This document shows positions 37,082 to 50,200 of a stretch of DNA of 64,000 nucleotides, piece after piece. The first letter of the stretch is position 1. Every line of letters starts with the position of its first letter. The stretch covers positions 425,937 through 489,936 of the forward strand of contig BCKQ01000006.1 in the NCBI GenBank assembly GCA_001600695.1, given 5' to 3'. Position numbers and translations under genes: made by a program. The notes under the pieces were generated by a model that worked only from the letters and a program-made list of their open reading frames with translations, had not been told where the DNA came from and did not search any database. The stretch comes from Ascoidea asiatica JCM 7603 (Eukaryota > Fungi > Ascomycota).

Positions 37082-37902
37082 TTCAAAATAAAATAATAAA
37101 AATAAATTATATTAAAAATTATACTAAAAATTAAGTTACTTTTATCTTATACTTCTCAATTATTCCAATCTTTTATTTTTTCCCTTCTCTCTCCCTCTCT
37201 CTCTCTCTCTTTCTCTCTCTATAACTTCCATTTATTTATTTATATAATTATTTCATTTTTTTTTTTTTTTTATTCATTTTCTTTTCCCTGCCCAAATATG
37301 CTTTAAGTTTTTGTTATCAACCTTATTGAAATTTGATATTATTTCATAAAATTATGATTAATATCAAAAAAAAGTTATTAATATTAATTATTAATCATTA
37401 ATAACTAATACCATTTATATTATCATTCTTCAATAAACTTTTAAATAATTGATTAATTCTAGTTTATAAAATCAATTTATGTTTTTGTGCATATTCCTAT
37501 TTCAACTTCAAAAAATAAAAAAATTCATATAAAATTTAAAGCTCCATTTTCTTTTTTTCTATTAATTTTTCTCAATCTCTATATGTCATATCTGTATATA
37601 ATAATAAAATTGTTTTATAAAATAAACTAATAAAGAAAAAAATTTATTTTTTAATAAAATATTAAAAAAGAATAAGATTTATTTTTATTTAAACCATGTA
37701 TACAGTTTTTTTTGATTTATATTAAAATATTTATATCCAAAAGAAAAATAAGAAAAATGTATATTATACAAGTAAGTGGTATCAATAAAATAATGAACAA
37801 AACAAAACAAAAGATAAATAAAGAATAACAAATAATAAATTAAAAAACAGAATAAAAATACAAGTCGTTAAAGAATAAGAAATAAATAATCATTTTTAAA
37901 TT

Positions 37903-40452
37903 TCATGTTAACCCAGTTATTGTCAAATCAGAAAAAGTTGAATTATTCTGTATTTGTAGACCATGTTCATTAGCTAAATGAAGAAGACAAATAAAACAGA
38001 AACTTGTACTCAAATCTTTTCCTTCTTCTCTAGAATACATTCCAGTGATATTATGAACAACTTCCTTGAATGTAACTTCTGGTTCAGGTTTATCTGTATT
38101 TGGTTGAGTTTGTTCATTCTCATTATTTATATTTTCTTTTTCTTCTTCAATTGCACTTTTACCAACTTTCACTCTATTTAGTGCAGTCCATAAATTATTT
38201 TTAAGAACCCTAACGTCAACTTTCTTTGCTATTCTGGAAAAATTTAGTATGTGAGGTCTTGATTTCTTACCATTTTCTGAATTTTGACCTGTTGATGATA
38301 AAGGTAGTGAAGGCAGAGGAGCAGCTGCATAATCTTCATCATCAAAATCTTCGGCACCTGCTCCGTGATCAAACGAAGCACCATCATCATAAAAGTTTGC
38401 ATTATTTTTACCAGATTCTTCTTCGTAAGCTTTAGCAAAGAATTCTTGATCTGCTACATTTCCTTGAGGTAATACATCTTCTTCTTTAACTTCTTTTTCT
38501 ACTATAGCTGGAGTATTTTTTGATTTTTTCACATATACTCTTAATAAACTATCTGGTTTCAAAAAATATCTAATTAATCTAGCAGAAGAAAAATTATAGT
38601 CTCTTGGTAAAAGATGATTTGTAGGACTTATTCTTTGTGCTTTTGGTAAATCAATAGCTTTACCTTTTTTAAATAAATTATCTTCATCTTCATCATTTTC
38701 ATCAAAAAAATCTATTGTTATTATATCCATTTTCTTTTTTCTTCCCAGCAGCAGTTGTTGCTTTTCTCCACCTTTATCAAGTTCTGTTTCAATTTGTTTT
38801 TTTCTAAATTGAATAACTTTCCAATCTCTTTTAGAAAACCAATTTTTTCTAGAAAATTTATTATCATAATATTGCATAAGCTCAGGATCAACTCCCAATG
38901 GTCTTCTTGTTTCATCATCAACCGAATTTGTACTATCATTTATATTATCTGTTGCAGCATCTAAGTCATCATTGTCATGAAACATGTCAGGATTTTCATC
39001 ATCATCAACTCCATGTACCAAAACGTTCAAAGCTTTTTCATTTAAAGGTCCCAAATTTCCTGTTTCAGCATCTGCATCTGCATCAGGATTTATATCCGCA
39101 TCATTATCTGTTCTATAATCATCAAAATCCTCTGCACCTGCACCTGCATCAAAGTCATCATCGTCATCTATAGGTTGAGTTCCTAGATCTGGAGTATGGA
39201 GTCCAAGAATAGGTTCATGGTCAGCGAACTCAAATGCAGCACTATTAAAATCTTCTTCATGAGGACTAAATATAAGAGTTGTATCTTCCTCTAAGATATC
39301 TTGAATAAGATCTTTTGATTTCCCTACATTTTCAGCTATATCCCTTAATTTGTCTAATTTATCACTTATTGTCAAATCATTTATATCATTTTGACCTCTA
39401 TATATCATATTCTTAAGAGCTGAAAAATCAAATATATTCTCAGAATATGATTTATTACTTAAATCCATATCTAAATCATTTTCTTCTTGTTGAATGGAGT
39501 CAATTATTTCGTCATTTGTATTATCATTTTCATAATCTTCTGGATCCTTATTTTTTTCTTTTTCTTTTTCTTTTCCGTTATCATTTTCATCATCAACTCT
39601 GATTATAACTTGATTGTGTTGAGTACCAGCGTCAAAGACAACTCTTCCATGTTTATTAACATCTAAAGTATTTAGTAATAAAGATTTTGCACCACCTTCA
39701 TCAAATTCAGATAATGCTTTTCTAAATAAAGGATCAATTTGTAATTCTTGATTAACTTTTTTAATTTTAATTTCATCAAAAGTTTTAACTAAAGTTGAAT
39801 CAACATATCTATTTCTATTCACTTTTTCTTTTTTTTTGCCATTTCCATCAGCATCATTTTGATTTTCGTCATCATTATCATCATCATTTTCAGCATCATT
39901 TGCATCAGACCCATCTGGATTTTTTTTTTTACTTGCTAAACCAGTTAATAATTTCCCAGTTTCGGTTGCAACAGAATCAATTCTTGATGAATAAACTTTA
40001 ACACAACCATCTAAAGTTGCTGAAGCTTTTTGAAAATTTATATTATTACTTTCATCTTTTAAATATGATAATTTATAAAATACATCAATTAATTGAACAG
40101 CCCATGAATTTTGACTGGTAATTTTATTATCAGTAATCATTTTAAGCCATTCATTATAAGTATCTTGATTGAAAGTTTCTCCGACATCAAATAATTCATC
40201 ATCTTCATTGATATCATCATCGTCGTCATCATCATCAAGAAAATTTAATTTTCTCCCATTCTGTTTATCATTGCTACCATTTGCATTTCCATTAATAAGA
40301 TTTCCATTATTAGTTGTACTTGGATTGTCTGTAGATAAATTTAGTTTTTGTCTTAACATTTGAGCTCCACTAAAACTTCTGTTTGAATTTGATTTTTTTT
40401 GTGGAGTCATTGAAACCCTTCGCCTCTTTTTATTATTCAAAAGTCCACTCAT
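37903..40452 (-). CDS. BRN1: Condensin kleisin subunit (barren/CAP-H)
   Basis: Motifs NFQKASATLDGCVKVYSSRIDSV, DPLFRKALSEFDEGGAKSLL, AKKVDVRVLKNNLW and STSFCFICLLHLANEHGL. Confidence 0.97.
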   Translation of the reverse strand: MSGLLNNKKRRRVSMTPQKKSNSNRSFSGAQMLRQKLNLSTDNPSTTNNGNLINGNANGSNDKQNGRKLNFLDDDDDDDDINEDDELFDVGETFNQDTYNEWLKMITDNKITSQNSWAVQLIDVFYKLSYLKDESNNINFQKASATLDGCVKVYSSRIDSVATETGKLLTGLASKKKNPDGSDANDAENDDDNDDENQNDADGNGKKKEKVNRNRYVDSTLVKTFDEIKIKKVNQELQIDPLFRKALSEFDEGGAKSLLLNTLDVNKHGRVVFDAGTQHNQVIIRVDDENDNGKEKEKEKNKDPEDYENDNTNDEIIDSIQQEENDLDMDLSNKSYSENIFDFSALKNMIYRGQNDINDLTISDKLDKLRDIAENVGKSKDLIQDILEEDTTLIFSPHEEDFNSAAFEFADHEPILGLHTPDLGTQPIDDDDDFDAGAGAEDFDDYRTDNDADINPDADADAETGNLGPLNEKALNVLVHGVDDDENPDMFHDNDDLDAATDNINDSTNSVDDETRRPLGVDPELMQYYDNKFSRKNWFSKRDWKVIQFRKKQIETELDKGGEKQQLLLGRKKKMDIITIDFFDENDEDEDNLFKKGKAIDLPKAQRISPTNHLLPRDYNFSSARLIRYFLKPDSLLRVYVKKSKNTPAIVEKEVKEEDVLPQGNVADQEFFAKAYEEESGKNNANFYDDGASFDHGAGAEDFDDEDYAAAPLPSLPLSSTGQNSENGKKSRPHILNFSRIAKKVDVRVLKNNLWTALNRVKVGKSAIEEEKENINNENEQTQPNTDKPEPEVTFKEVVHNITGMYSREEGKDLSTSFCFICLLHLANEHGLQIQNNSTFSDLTITGLT

Positions 40453-41360
40453 CTTTTGTTAACAAGAAAAGAATAGGAATAATCAAGTTATATTTAACTA
40501 TATTGAAATTTAATTTTGAATTTGAATTTGAATTTATTTTAATCAAAAAATATAAATGTTTTTAAAAAAAAAGACCTTAAGTTAACTACTTTGATTACTA
40601 TATGTTCATTCCCTTTTACTTTTACTTTCCCGGATTTATATAAATATATAGATTATGAACAGGTAATAAATGAAAGTCTTTATTCTTTTTAATAAATTGT
40701 TTTCTTATTATTTCTTTGTATTTAAATTTCAAATAGTCTATATTTCCCTGTAGAAATGTAATTAACAATTCAAATTCAGATAACCGTTGCAATTCCTGTT
40801 ATGTCAAGAGCTTTTCAATTATTGTTGTTTTTGTTGTTTACATTAAAAAAAAAAACACATCCAAATCAAAATAACATTGGTCACGTGGGAACCTTATTTT
40901 TTATTTCCCTTTTAGTTTTTTGCATCAGAGAAATTAAGAAATTAAGAATTGAATCGAATTTATAGATGAACTGAATCATTACAGAAAAAATAAATATTTA
41001 AATTCAGTTGAATAATAAATTTATTATATATTTAGTACGTAGCAGATTAGAACAAAAAAAAAGTGAAAATAAAATTGGACCAAAGACAATGAAATAAAAT
41101 AAAATGAAAGTTGAAAAAGATTAGAATTGAAATTGAGAAAACTAAGATTAAAATTAAAATTAAAATTGAGATTAAGATTAAAAATACAATTGATATAAAG
41201 TATAAAATGCTAAACATTAAATATTGAATATTTAATATTGAATATTTAATAAAATGTTAAGAAATGCAAAGAATGCAAATGTAATAAAAATTATAAGAAT
41301 TATATGAAAAGAAAACAAACCAGAAAAAGAATCAAAAACGAATATCAAAAAAAAAAACAA

Positions 41361-42659
41361 TCATACCTGAGATTGAGAATTGGATGTAGCAGAAGGATTT
41401 GGATCAATTTGATAATCAGAATCAGCATCTGAAGTAGAATCAGATTCAGACTCAGATTCAGAATCAGAACTAGAAGACTCGACCTCTTTTCCATAATAAG
41501 CATAAGCTTGCTGATAATAAGCTTGATAAGCATTATAAGGATCAGAATATTGATTATGATGGTGTGGTGGAGGAGGTGGATATGGATAACCATTTTGAGC
41601 TGGTCCTGGCCCTGGTGGAGGAGGTGGTGGTGGGTGCCCATGTTGTGATGAATAAAATCCATGACCGTGGCCATGGCCTGGAGGAGGAGGAGGTGGTGGT
41701 GGTGCATATGAACCATAGGAGCCAAAAGCACCAAAATGAGGTGGTGGTGGACCTGGTGGTGGTGGATGTGAGCCATGAGCTTCATGGGGATTATGAGGAC
41801 CATATGGGCCAGGAGGGCCATGATGACCATGAGGAGGTGGAGGACCATGACCTGGAGGTGGAGGTGGATGATGTGAAAAATCACCATATTCATTACCAAA
41901 CTGTCCATAACCTGGAGGAGGTGGTGGGCCAGGAGGTGGAGGAGAAGAAGAACGATGATTATGATTATTGTGATGATTATGATGAGGTGGTTGACCATAA
42001 TCAGGATGAGGAGGTGGTGGTGGTGGAGGAGGAGGATGAGAATTAGAATTCCAATAATCACCAGAATATTGTTGTCTATTCGAATAATAAGGATCAAAAG
42101 ATTGAGATAAGTAATAATTTGAATAAGCTTGATTCATTGGATCTTGGAAAGCAAAAGGTCCTGGAGGAGGAGGAGGGGGTGGTGGTTGATAATAAGCGTT
42201 TGAATAATCAAAATATTTACCAGAAGGATGAGTTCTTTTTCTTTTATTTGATCTTTTTTCATTTGACTGATCTTTATCAAAATTTGCTTGATTCATTTTT
42301 GTAGAATTTGATTTAAATTTAGATTTAGATTTAGGTTTTTCAGATTGAGAATTCTGTTTAGATTCTTTTTGAATATCTTTTTCTGAGATTGAGCTTTCTT
42401 TCGAATGTTCTTTTGAATTTTCTTTGATATTTTCCTTTGAAGTCTGGGTTGAGTTTTCTTTAGAAGTTGATTTTGATTTTGGTTTTGATGATTTTTTTTC
42501 AGTTGTATTCTTATCACTTGATTCTTTTAAATTGGATTTATCATTATTAAAAATAGAATTAACAAATATACGATCTTTAATGATTTTTTGAGCAGCAGTA
42601 ACAATATCAAGTAAATCTTCAGATGATAAAGTTTCTAATCTAAGTTCTTTAGCAGCCAT
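41361..42659 (-). CDS. Hypothetical Pro/His/Gly-rich disordered protein
   Basis: 432-aa ORF with consistent A/T-ending codons (CCA/CCT, CAT, GGT), a basic NLS-like KRSNKRKR and an acidic Ser tail. Confidence 0.8.
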   Translation of the reverse strand: MAAKELRLETLSSEDLLDIVTAAQKIIKDRIFVNSIFNNDKSNLKESSDKNTTEKKSSKPKSKSTSKENSTQTSKENIKENSKEHSKESSISEKDIQKESKQNSQSEKPKSKSKFKSNSTKMNQANFDKDQSNEKRSNKRKRTHPSGKYFDYSNAYYQPPPPPPPPGPFAFQDPMNQAYSNYYLSQSFDPYYSNRQQYSGDYWNSNSHPPPPPPPPPHPDYGQPPHHNHHNNHNHRSSSPPPPGPPPPPGYGQFGNEYGDFSHHPPPPPGHGPPPPHGHHGPPGPYGPHNPHEAHGSHPPPPGPPPPHFGAFGSYGSYAPPPPPPPPGHGHGHGFYSSQHGHPPPPPPPGPGPAQNGYPYPPPPPHHHNQYSDPYNAYQAYYQQAYAYYGKEVESSSSDSESESESDSTSDADSDYQIDPNPSATSNSQSQV

Positions 42660-44366
42660 TTATATTTCAAAGTTTTTTTTTTGTTATCAATGATTAAATC
42701 AATAATTAACAAAATTTTTATAAGTAACTGTTTTTTTTTTTTTGGAATATAAATGTTGAAATATTTGTTATGATTATATTTAATTTATAACTAGTAACTT
42801 ATTTTTTATGAATAAAATATAATTTGAAGTAAAGTTAAGAATCTTCAAAAGGAATTTCAATCTGAAAAACAGATATTATCTATAAAATGAGGATTATACA
42901 CCAATTTATATAAAATACATAAAATATAATAAGGAATTCTCCAATTGAAGTTATAAGAAAACGGGGATTAAAAATTTGAATTACAGTACTTTAGTTACAA
43001 GAAAACTTACAGAAACGTTACTAATAAGTGGTAAGTAAATTGAAAAAGGAAGAATTATGGCTAATATTTGAAACGAATGGTAAAGGAACGTGCACTTATG
43101 CGCGTTGGCTAGTGTAAAGCCGAACAGATTCATATAGCTAAGCCATGAATCGCCATACAAGTTCAGGTTTTTTCTCACGCAGAAGCTGAACTAGTGGATT
43201 CTATTGGCTTTAACGTTCGGGAACTGCTCAGCCTCAGTTCAGTCACCGGATAGGCCTGCATTTGAGCGCGTGCTTAGTCACGGCTTTTAAAATCTTTAAG
43301 CCAAATATTTGTACACTGAATTATACAGTGTTTCACCGAGGAGTGCACAGCTATACGCAGAGCTCGTCAAGTTTAAAAAACTTGAATGCCGACACGTGCT
43401 TTGTGTTGTGATTTTGCTGAAATCCAATATCATGGGTTTTGTATTTTTACTATGCTTCCCACATGATCTCACCAGCCACCTTCTAGCTTTTTTTTATATG
43501 CTGTATAATTCAGGTGCTTGGCCGGAACTACTTCTCTCTTATTGTTCTGCGACTCTTTATTCGATTCCACGTGACCTTTCTGGTTTCACCTTCTCCTCCA
43601 AAATCCCTATCACTCAGCGCAGTCGCCCACGTTAACAGTTTTGCCTTACTGTAATTTCTATTGCAAGCTTAATTGTTCTGTAGAGTCTAAAATATCCTGT
43701 TTTGTTGTTACTTCTCTAAAGTTACCTTTACCTTTACCTTTACCTTCTTTACCTTTATTATTTCTTATTTATTACTTCTACCATACAATTGTCTAGGTAT
43801 CTTTTGATCTTTATGTCAATTAAACTAATATTTTACAATTAATTGTTATTATATCTTTCTTATTATAATAAATAATTTTGTTTTAATTACCAAAAACATT
43901 TATATAATATAATTCAATTACCAACTCAATTAGTGTTTATTCCATTTAAGTTTGAGTTATATTGAAATATATAATTGATTCAATTCAATCATATTACTAT
44001 ATCCTATTCTGTTTAATCATATCATTCAATTATACTATCCTATTTTTGATAATTTAAAAGTTGCTTATTTTATAAACATAATATTCGTAATCAAAATTAC
44101 TTTTATATTCGAATTTTAAATTAAACAAAACTAATCAAAAAAGTATTTAAAGAATTTTAATCAATCAAAAAGAATATTCTACTTTTTTTTTATCTATTAC
44201 GTGATTCAATACCCATAATATTATACTATATTTTATCTTATATCATTCAAATCTCTATCACTAATATATCCATAATATATATAAATATTTATTTTCAATT
44301 AACTTTAATTCATTTCAATCAATACCTGATTTATCTATTTATTATATCAAATATCTTTCTTTAAAA

Positions 44367-46103
44367 ATGTTAAAACGTAAAAATGAAGATTTCGCTTCAG
44401 AAGATCCAAATACAAAAAGAGTAGCTTTAGATACTGAAATGATCTTAAAAGAAGAAGAAGAAAAAGAAAAATTAATAACTGCTCCTTTACTTAATAAGTC
44501 TTTAGTTAATTCAAATTTACCTACTGCTAATTCTACTTCTTTGCCTTTACCTTTACCTTTACCTAATTCCGACTCAAATAATACTACTAATAATGATTCA
44601 AATACAAATTCTACTACTAATACTAATAGTGATAATTTAATTAATACTGTAAATACAACTGCAACTACTATAGATAATAGCATAACACCTATGTCTACGG
44701 ATATCAATAATAATAATAATAATAGCAATAACAATAATGATAATAATAATAATAACAATAATAGTACTACATCTATAACTAATACGTTGACTAACAATGC
44801 CTCTTTACCTCAGCGTTCAACTCCAACTTCAAGTCATAAAATCAAAGAAGATGATGATCCAACTTACGTTCATTTTAGAATGTTATGTCTAGTTAAAGAA
44901 GCTTCAATGATTGTTGGTAAAGGTGGTGAAAAAATTAATCATATCAAGGAAATTTCAAATGCAAGAATTAATGTATCTGATAATATTAAAGGTATTCATG
45001 AACGTATAGTTCATGTCAAAGGTCCTGCTGAAAATATTGCAAAAGCATTTGGTTTAATTGCAAGAGCAATTACCGATGAACCCGAAGAAACTTCTTCTGG
45101 TCCAAAATCTCCTCAATTTGCTTTAAAATTATTAATACCACATCCTGTTATTGGTTTTGTAATTGGTAAAGGTGGTACTAAATTTAGAGAAATTGAAGAA
45201 AAATCTGCTGCAAAATTAAAAGCTTCAGAATCTCAATTACCTTTCTCAACTGATCGTTGTTTAACAATTTATGGTGTCGCTGATGCTATTCATATCGCAA
45301 CTTATTTTGTTGCTCAATGTATTTATGAAAATAAAAAATATTTTCATAAACATAGAATGATTCATTATCATCCTGGTAATTCTCCAATGGGTTTACCTGG
45401 TGTTGGCTTAAATAATACAATGGGCCCAAATATGAATATGTTACCAAATATGAATTCAAATATGTCTGGTATGAATATGATGAATATGATGAATCCAATG
45501 GCTTCAATTGGTGGTTATATGAATCCATCAACAAATAATATTAGAATGTCAAATTCAAATCATTTAAATAATAGAAATTTAAAACCATATATGACAAATC
45601 AACAAAACTCAAATTTCAATCCCTCAAAACCTCCAAATATCAACTTTGTTAATTCGAATTCGAATTCAAATTCTTTAAATCAAAATCAATCTTTTGGTTT
45701 CAATCCTTCTTTGAATGGTCCTTCAAATATGGGTATGAATCAAAATCAAGAAATTTTAATACCTAATGAACATGTTGGCTCAATTATTGGTAAAGGGGGA
45801 AAGAATATTAGAGATATAAGAGATAAATCTGGTGCTCAAATCAAAGTTAATGATCCTGATACCAAAAATCCTTCAGAGAGAAAAATTTCATTATCTGGTA
45901 ATTATGCTTCAATTCAAACTGCCATTTATTTAATTAATAATAGAATTGAAATGGCTAAAAGACAAAATCATGGTAATAACAACAATAATAATAACCTGAA
46001 TAATATGAATAATATGAATATGAATAATTCAAACTCAAACGGAAATTCAAATACTCTCAGTTCTAGTCATAGAGGTTCTGTAGGTAATCATGAACAAATC
46101 TAA
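44367..46103 (+). CDS. PBP2: Triple-KH-domain RNA-binding protein
   Basis: Three GxxG KH loops (IVGKGG, VIGKGG, IIGKGG). The HFRMLCLVKEASMIVG..ARINVSDNIKGIHERIV segment resembles Pbp2. Confidence 0.87.
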   Translation: MLKRKNEDFASEDPNTKRVALDTEMILKEEEEKEKLITAPLLNKSLVNSNLPTANSTSLPLPLPLPNSDSNNTTNNDSNTNSTTNTNSDNLINTVNTTATTIDNSITPMSTDINNNNNNSNNNNDNNNNNNNSTTSITNTLTNNASLPQRSTPTSSHKIKEDDDPTYVHFRMLCLVKEASMIVGKGGEKINHIKEISNARINVSDNIKGIHERIVHVKGPAENIAKAFGLIARAITDEPEETSSGPKSPQFALKLLIPHPVIGFVIGKGGTKFREIEEKSAAKLKASESQLPFSTDRCLTIYGVADAIHIATYFVAQCIYENKKYFHKHRMIHYHPGNSPMGLPGVGLNNTMGPNMNMLPNMNSNMSGMNMMNMMNPMASIGGYMNPSTNNIRMSNSNHLNNRNLKPYMTNQQNSNFNPSKPPNINFVNSNSNSNSLNQNQSFGFNPSLNGPSNMGMNQNQEILIPNEHVGSIIGKGGKNIRDIRDKSGAQIKVNDPDTKNPSERKISLSGNYASIQTAIYLINNRIEMAKRQNHGNNNNNNNLNNMNNMNMNNSNSNGNSNTLSSSHRGSVGNHEQI

Positions 46104-47278
46104 AATTAAAAATTGAAATATAATCAAACTTTACTATATCAAATGTAATATTGTTTTTTTCTGTTTTTCTTTTTTTTTTCTAATGATTATTTTTATTGCA
46201 ATTACTGCTATTATTAGTACTGTTAATATTTATTTTTTTTATTCTCTTTTTTTATGTTTTTTGTTTGTTTTTTACTATCATTTAACTTATTTATGAAATA
46301 AATCTTCAAGATGGTATGATTTTCAAACTATATTAAAAGTAATCAAGGAATTCATGAAAAATATACATATATGCTATCATTAGTCTTAATGAATGTTTTA
46401 TGTATTTATTTTTTTTCTGTTTTCATTACTTGTTTTTTTTACTACAGTATATTTAAGGTATTTGATAATATTTATTGGTAAAACTTGAGAGAGCTAAAGT
46501 TTTTAGATATTATCAAAAATTTCAACAAATTAAAATTCAAGGAATGAAAATTTATTTCAAAATATTATTGATAAAAAATCAGATATAATCTTAAAAATTT
46601 AACTTTTTTTATGTGCAATTGAAATACTTAATTTCCTTTGCTAAATATGGAAATTTTTTTTTCTCTTTTTTTCTCGGGGGATGAATATTTCAATCGAATT
46701 GTGTTTTTGCTTCTTTTTATCTTATTTTGTGTGAATTAATAATTTTGTAATTTTTTATCTGTTTAATTTTTATATATTTAAACTTAGCTTTTATCTTTTT
46801 GCTAACTGTTTTGTTAATTTTTTTTTGTTTGTTTTTCTAATCTTATTTAATTTTAATCGTATAATCCTTTCCTTTTTGAATCTATCCTTTTATTGGCTAT
46901 TTTTTTTGTATTTTTCTGTATTTTTACTATTTTTTTCTTTTCTCGACTCTACATTTGACGGAGGATTTCAGTTCTACATTAGCTTTTATTTGTTTTGAAT
47001 CATTTGTACTGTTACACTATCATTCTCATCTATTATTAAGTAAATTCCTCTCATTGATCATTTTTCTAGCATTTGTTAATTATTAGGAGCATATTTAAAT
47101 CCTTTGTATACTATTAACCTCATTAATAAAAATCATGGAGCTTTTTGAAAATCAGATCAAAAAGTATCAAACCAAAAAATTATATTCTTTTTTTATAAAA
47201 GTAAAAAAAACTACAGTTTTAAAAAAAAATTTCAAAAAAAAATAAAAGACAAACAAAATATTCATTATGAATTAAATT

Positions 47279-50200
47279 CTATTTTTGCCTGTAAGTATCT
47301 AGCCAATTAATAAAATCTATAAACATAGTTGGTTGAGTTTTAGAGTCCTTGTTCTTAATCCAATCAATTATCAATGTTTCATATAGCTTAATGACAGTCT
47401 CTAAGTTTTCAGAAGAAAATGAAGTGAGAAGTAATTTAGATATAGTAACTGAGCATTGATTGCAAGCTTGAGTTTGACGTTGATTACTAGAGCCCATGGA
47501 TGACTTATGAATATTCTTTAATAATTCTAAAAGGGTAGCTTCTGAAATAATAAAAGAATTATCTTCCCCTTGAGTTTTTTGTGCAAGTTTTTCCTGGGAT
47601 TTTTTAAATTCTTCAGTAAATATAAATTTGATTTTGCAAATTTTCTTAATAAGTTTACTAGTCTTATCTTTAATGCTCTCATCGGTTGTTAATTTCAACG
47701 TCTCGATCAATGGCATTAACAATGAAAGGGACAAATATGAATTACAAGATCTGTCACTTTTTTCCACGAAAATCTCAAGAAGATCAAGTACTCTTAATTT
47801 GAAAAAGATCATGTTTTCTCTAGCCTCGATGGCTCCTTTTTTTTTATCGCTTCCAGATTCCCCTTGGCCCTGGTCTAAAGTTTCTTTTCTACTTTTGAAG
47901 ATCATCGATAGCTGCTCATCTATTGCCATCATTTGTTCGTCATCCATCTCGTCAGAATCAGAAGAATCATCCAGATCACTTTCATTGAATTTAACTTCTC
48001 CATTTTCTTGGGGAACTCCTAATACTTCTGCTAGTGCTATTGTAGTCTTTCTATCAACCTCATTGACACTATCTTTTGCTTCGTCTTCCGAGTCTGATTC
48101 ACCACTAAAACTGGATTCAATTTCGGATAGACTATTTGAACCTGTATCGTCCTTTTTAATAAGAGTATCTTCCTTTTTGAGCAAAGCTTCAGATTCTTCA
48201 TCCAAATTTTTATTTTCTTCACTTAAAGAAGTTTCGTCTTCTTCCAAATTCTCACTTTCGAATAAACTCATCTGACCTTCTACATTCTCTCTGGTGATCA
48301 ATACTTCTGTTAAAGTTTTCAAAGCTCTATAGTCAACATCCAATAAGAAATTTTCCCAGATAACCATTGATATTTTTCTAATTAAGCTATTTTTTTTACT
48401 CACAAAGCTGAGAATTATATCCACAAGAATATCCAATGAGTGCAGTTCCCCTTCAATTTCTGGCGAATTTTTATCATCGTACAAATCTTCATTATCGTCA
48501 ATTTTTAAAGATTTATAAATATCACCAATTTCATTCAAAATTGATACGGAATCAGCAAGATTTTCCTCATCGAAACCAAGACAAAGTTGTAATAAAGTCA
48601 AAGAATATAATAATTCAAAAGATAATAATTGTCTTATTTGTGGATTACTTTTCAACCCTAACTTTGACTTGGTTGAAATCAAATTTAATCTATTTTGATT
48701 GATTTTTTTTAAGACTTTTAAGTTTGAATGTTTGGTCTTTTCTAAATCCCCTTCGATTTTGAATCTTAAAGAATATATAGGGCTAGGATTTTTCAAAATT
48801 TCTTGCTCTTCCAATTCAGCTAAATACTTTAAAACTTTATACGACCAAGTCAAGTTATCTACTCTTTCAAAATTTGTAAGCTGTGATAGTATGAGGTTTA
48901 ATTTTTCAGCTGCAACTTTAGCTATTGAATCCTTGAAAATATTGCCCTTTTCTTCTGAATCTAATGGTTTGAAGTAACAAAAGAATGATATAGCCTTCAA
49001 AATATTGTCAATCCACTTATGAGAATTATCAGGCAAGAGTTTGTCACTGTCCAGTATTACCGATTTTACTGTAGAAACCATTTTGTCTAATGCCCATCGT
49101 TGTTTTTTCTCGATAAGTTTATCTTCTTCTTTCTTTGTCTGTTGAGTAATATTTCCATCATCCATATCTATATCTGAATCATTTGAGTTGTCTACATTTC
49201 CATTAGTATCACTCTTATTTTTCTTCCTGTTGTTTTTAGATTCATTTTTTATCAATGTTTGCTCTTGCACACTCAAGAACTTCAATGGGTCATTTAATAC
49301 TTGAGTATATAAGTTTATTAGCTCATCAATCATTTCTTGGTTGTTCGAAGAAACTATGATATTTATAAGGTTTGAAATTGTAGATGTCTTACTTAATCTG
49401 TCAAAGTTTAAGTTTCCTGAAGGTGACAATAAAAGACTTTTCATTAAGGTCATTGCTAATAATGGATTTTTTTCAGGCAAAACTTTAGATATTAAACCTT
49501 CAAGAATTTCAATTTTAACAAGTTTATAAAGAAAATTTTTGCTGTTGTTAGCTTGGTTAATAATTGTTCTTAGTAAATGTGGGGTAAATAAAGAGCTTAT
49601 TTTAGAGTATATTTCTCCTTTATTTTGAAAAGTTTGAGAAATTTGATATAATTTTGTGAGAAACAATTCAAAAATTTTAAATCCAGTAAATTTTCTTTCC
49701 ACTGTTGGAGAATTTCCAAAAAAGGAAGGATCTATTATATCATACCAAAATTGTTTAATTGTAATAAATTTTGATATTTTCTCTTTTGAATCTTTCTTAG
49801 AATGCTTGTGTTTTTTCTTTTTTTCATCCTTGAAATGCTTCTTTCTTTTATTAGTGATTGTGGAACTTTCAAGATCTTCTTCATCATCAGAAGTGATTTC
49901 AATTATCTCTTGATTTGCGTCATCATAAGTTTCCAAGTCAAGAGATATTATTTCTTCAGATAATAAAGACCAACAGTAATGCAATCTTGGAGACCAAGTA
50001 CCAGAATTAGTTGTTTTAGGTTTATTTTGATTTTTCATTTTACCTCCTTTTTTGAGATTTTTTGTTTTTCCAGTTTGAGGCAAATTTTCAGATTCGTCAT
50101 CATCTTGTTTTAGTTCCAAAGCTTTTGAAACTTTTATTATGTTAGCAGTATTAGATTTTAATAAAGGATCATTAGAAACCCATCCATTTTTAAACTCTAG

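Noticed and set aside
40880-41000. GTCACGTG followed by AT-rich DNA as a point centromere (CDEI-CDEII)
   Set aside because: No CDEIII CCG motif at a suitable distance, and the same E-box recurs in several promoters.
41345-42097. 250-aa and 160-aa overlapping ORFs in the Pro-rich gene
   Set aside because: Alternative frames of CCT/CCA/CAT repeats, not independent genes.
43070-43300. Possible tRNA or structured RNA in the GC island
   Set aside because: No cloverleaf or correctly spaced A/B boxes found by eye; tRNAscan-SE would settle it.
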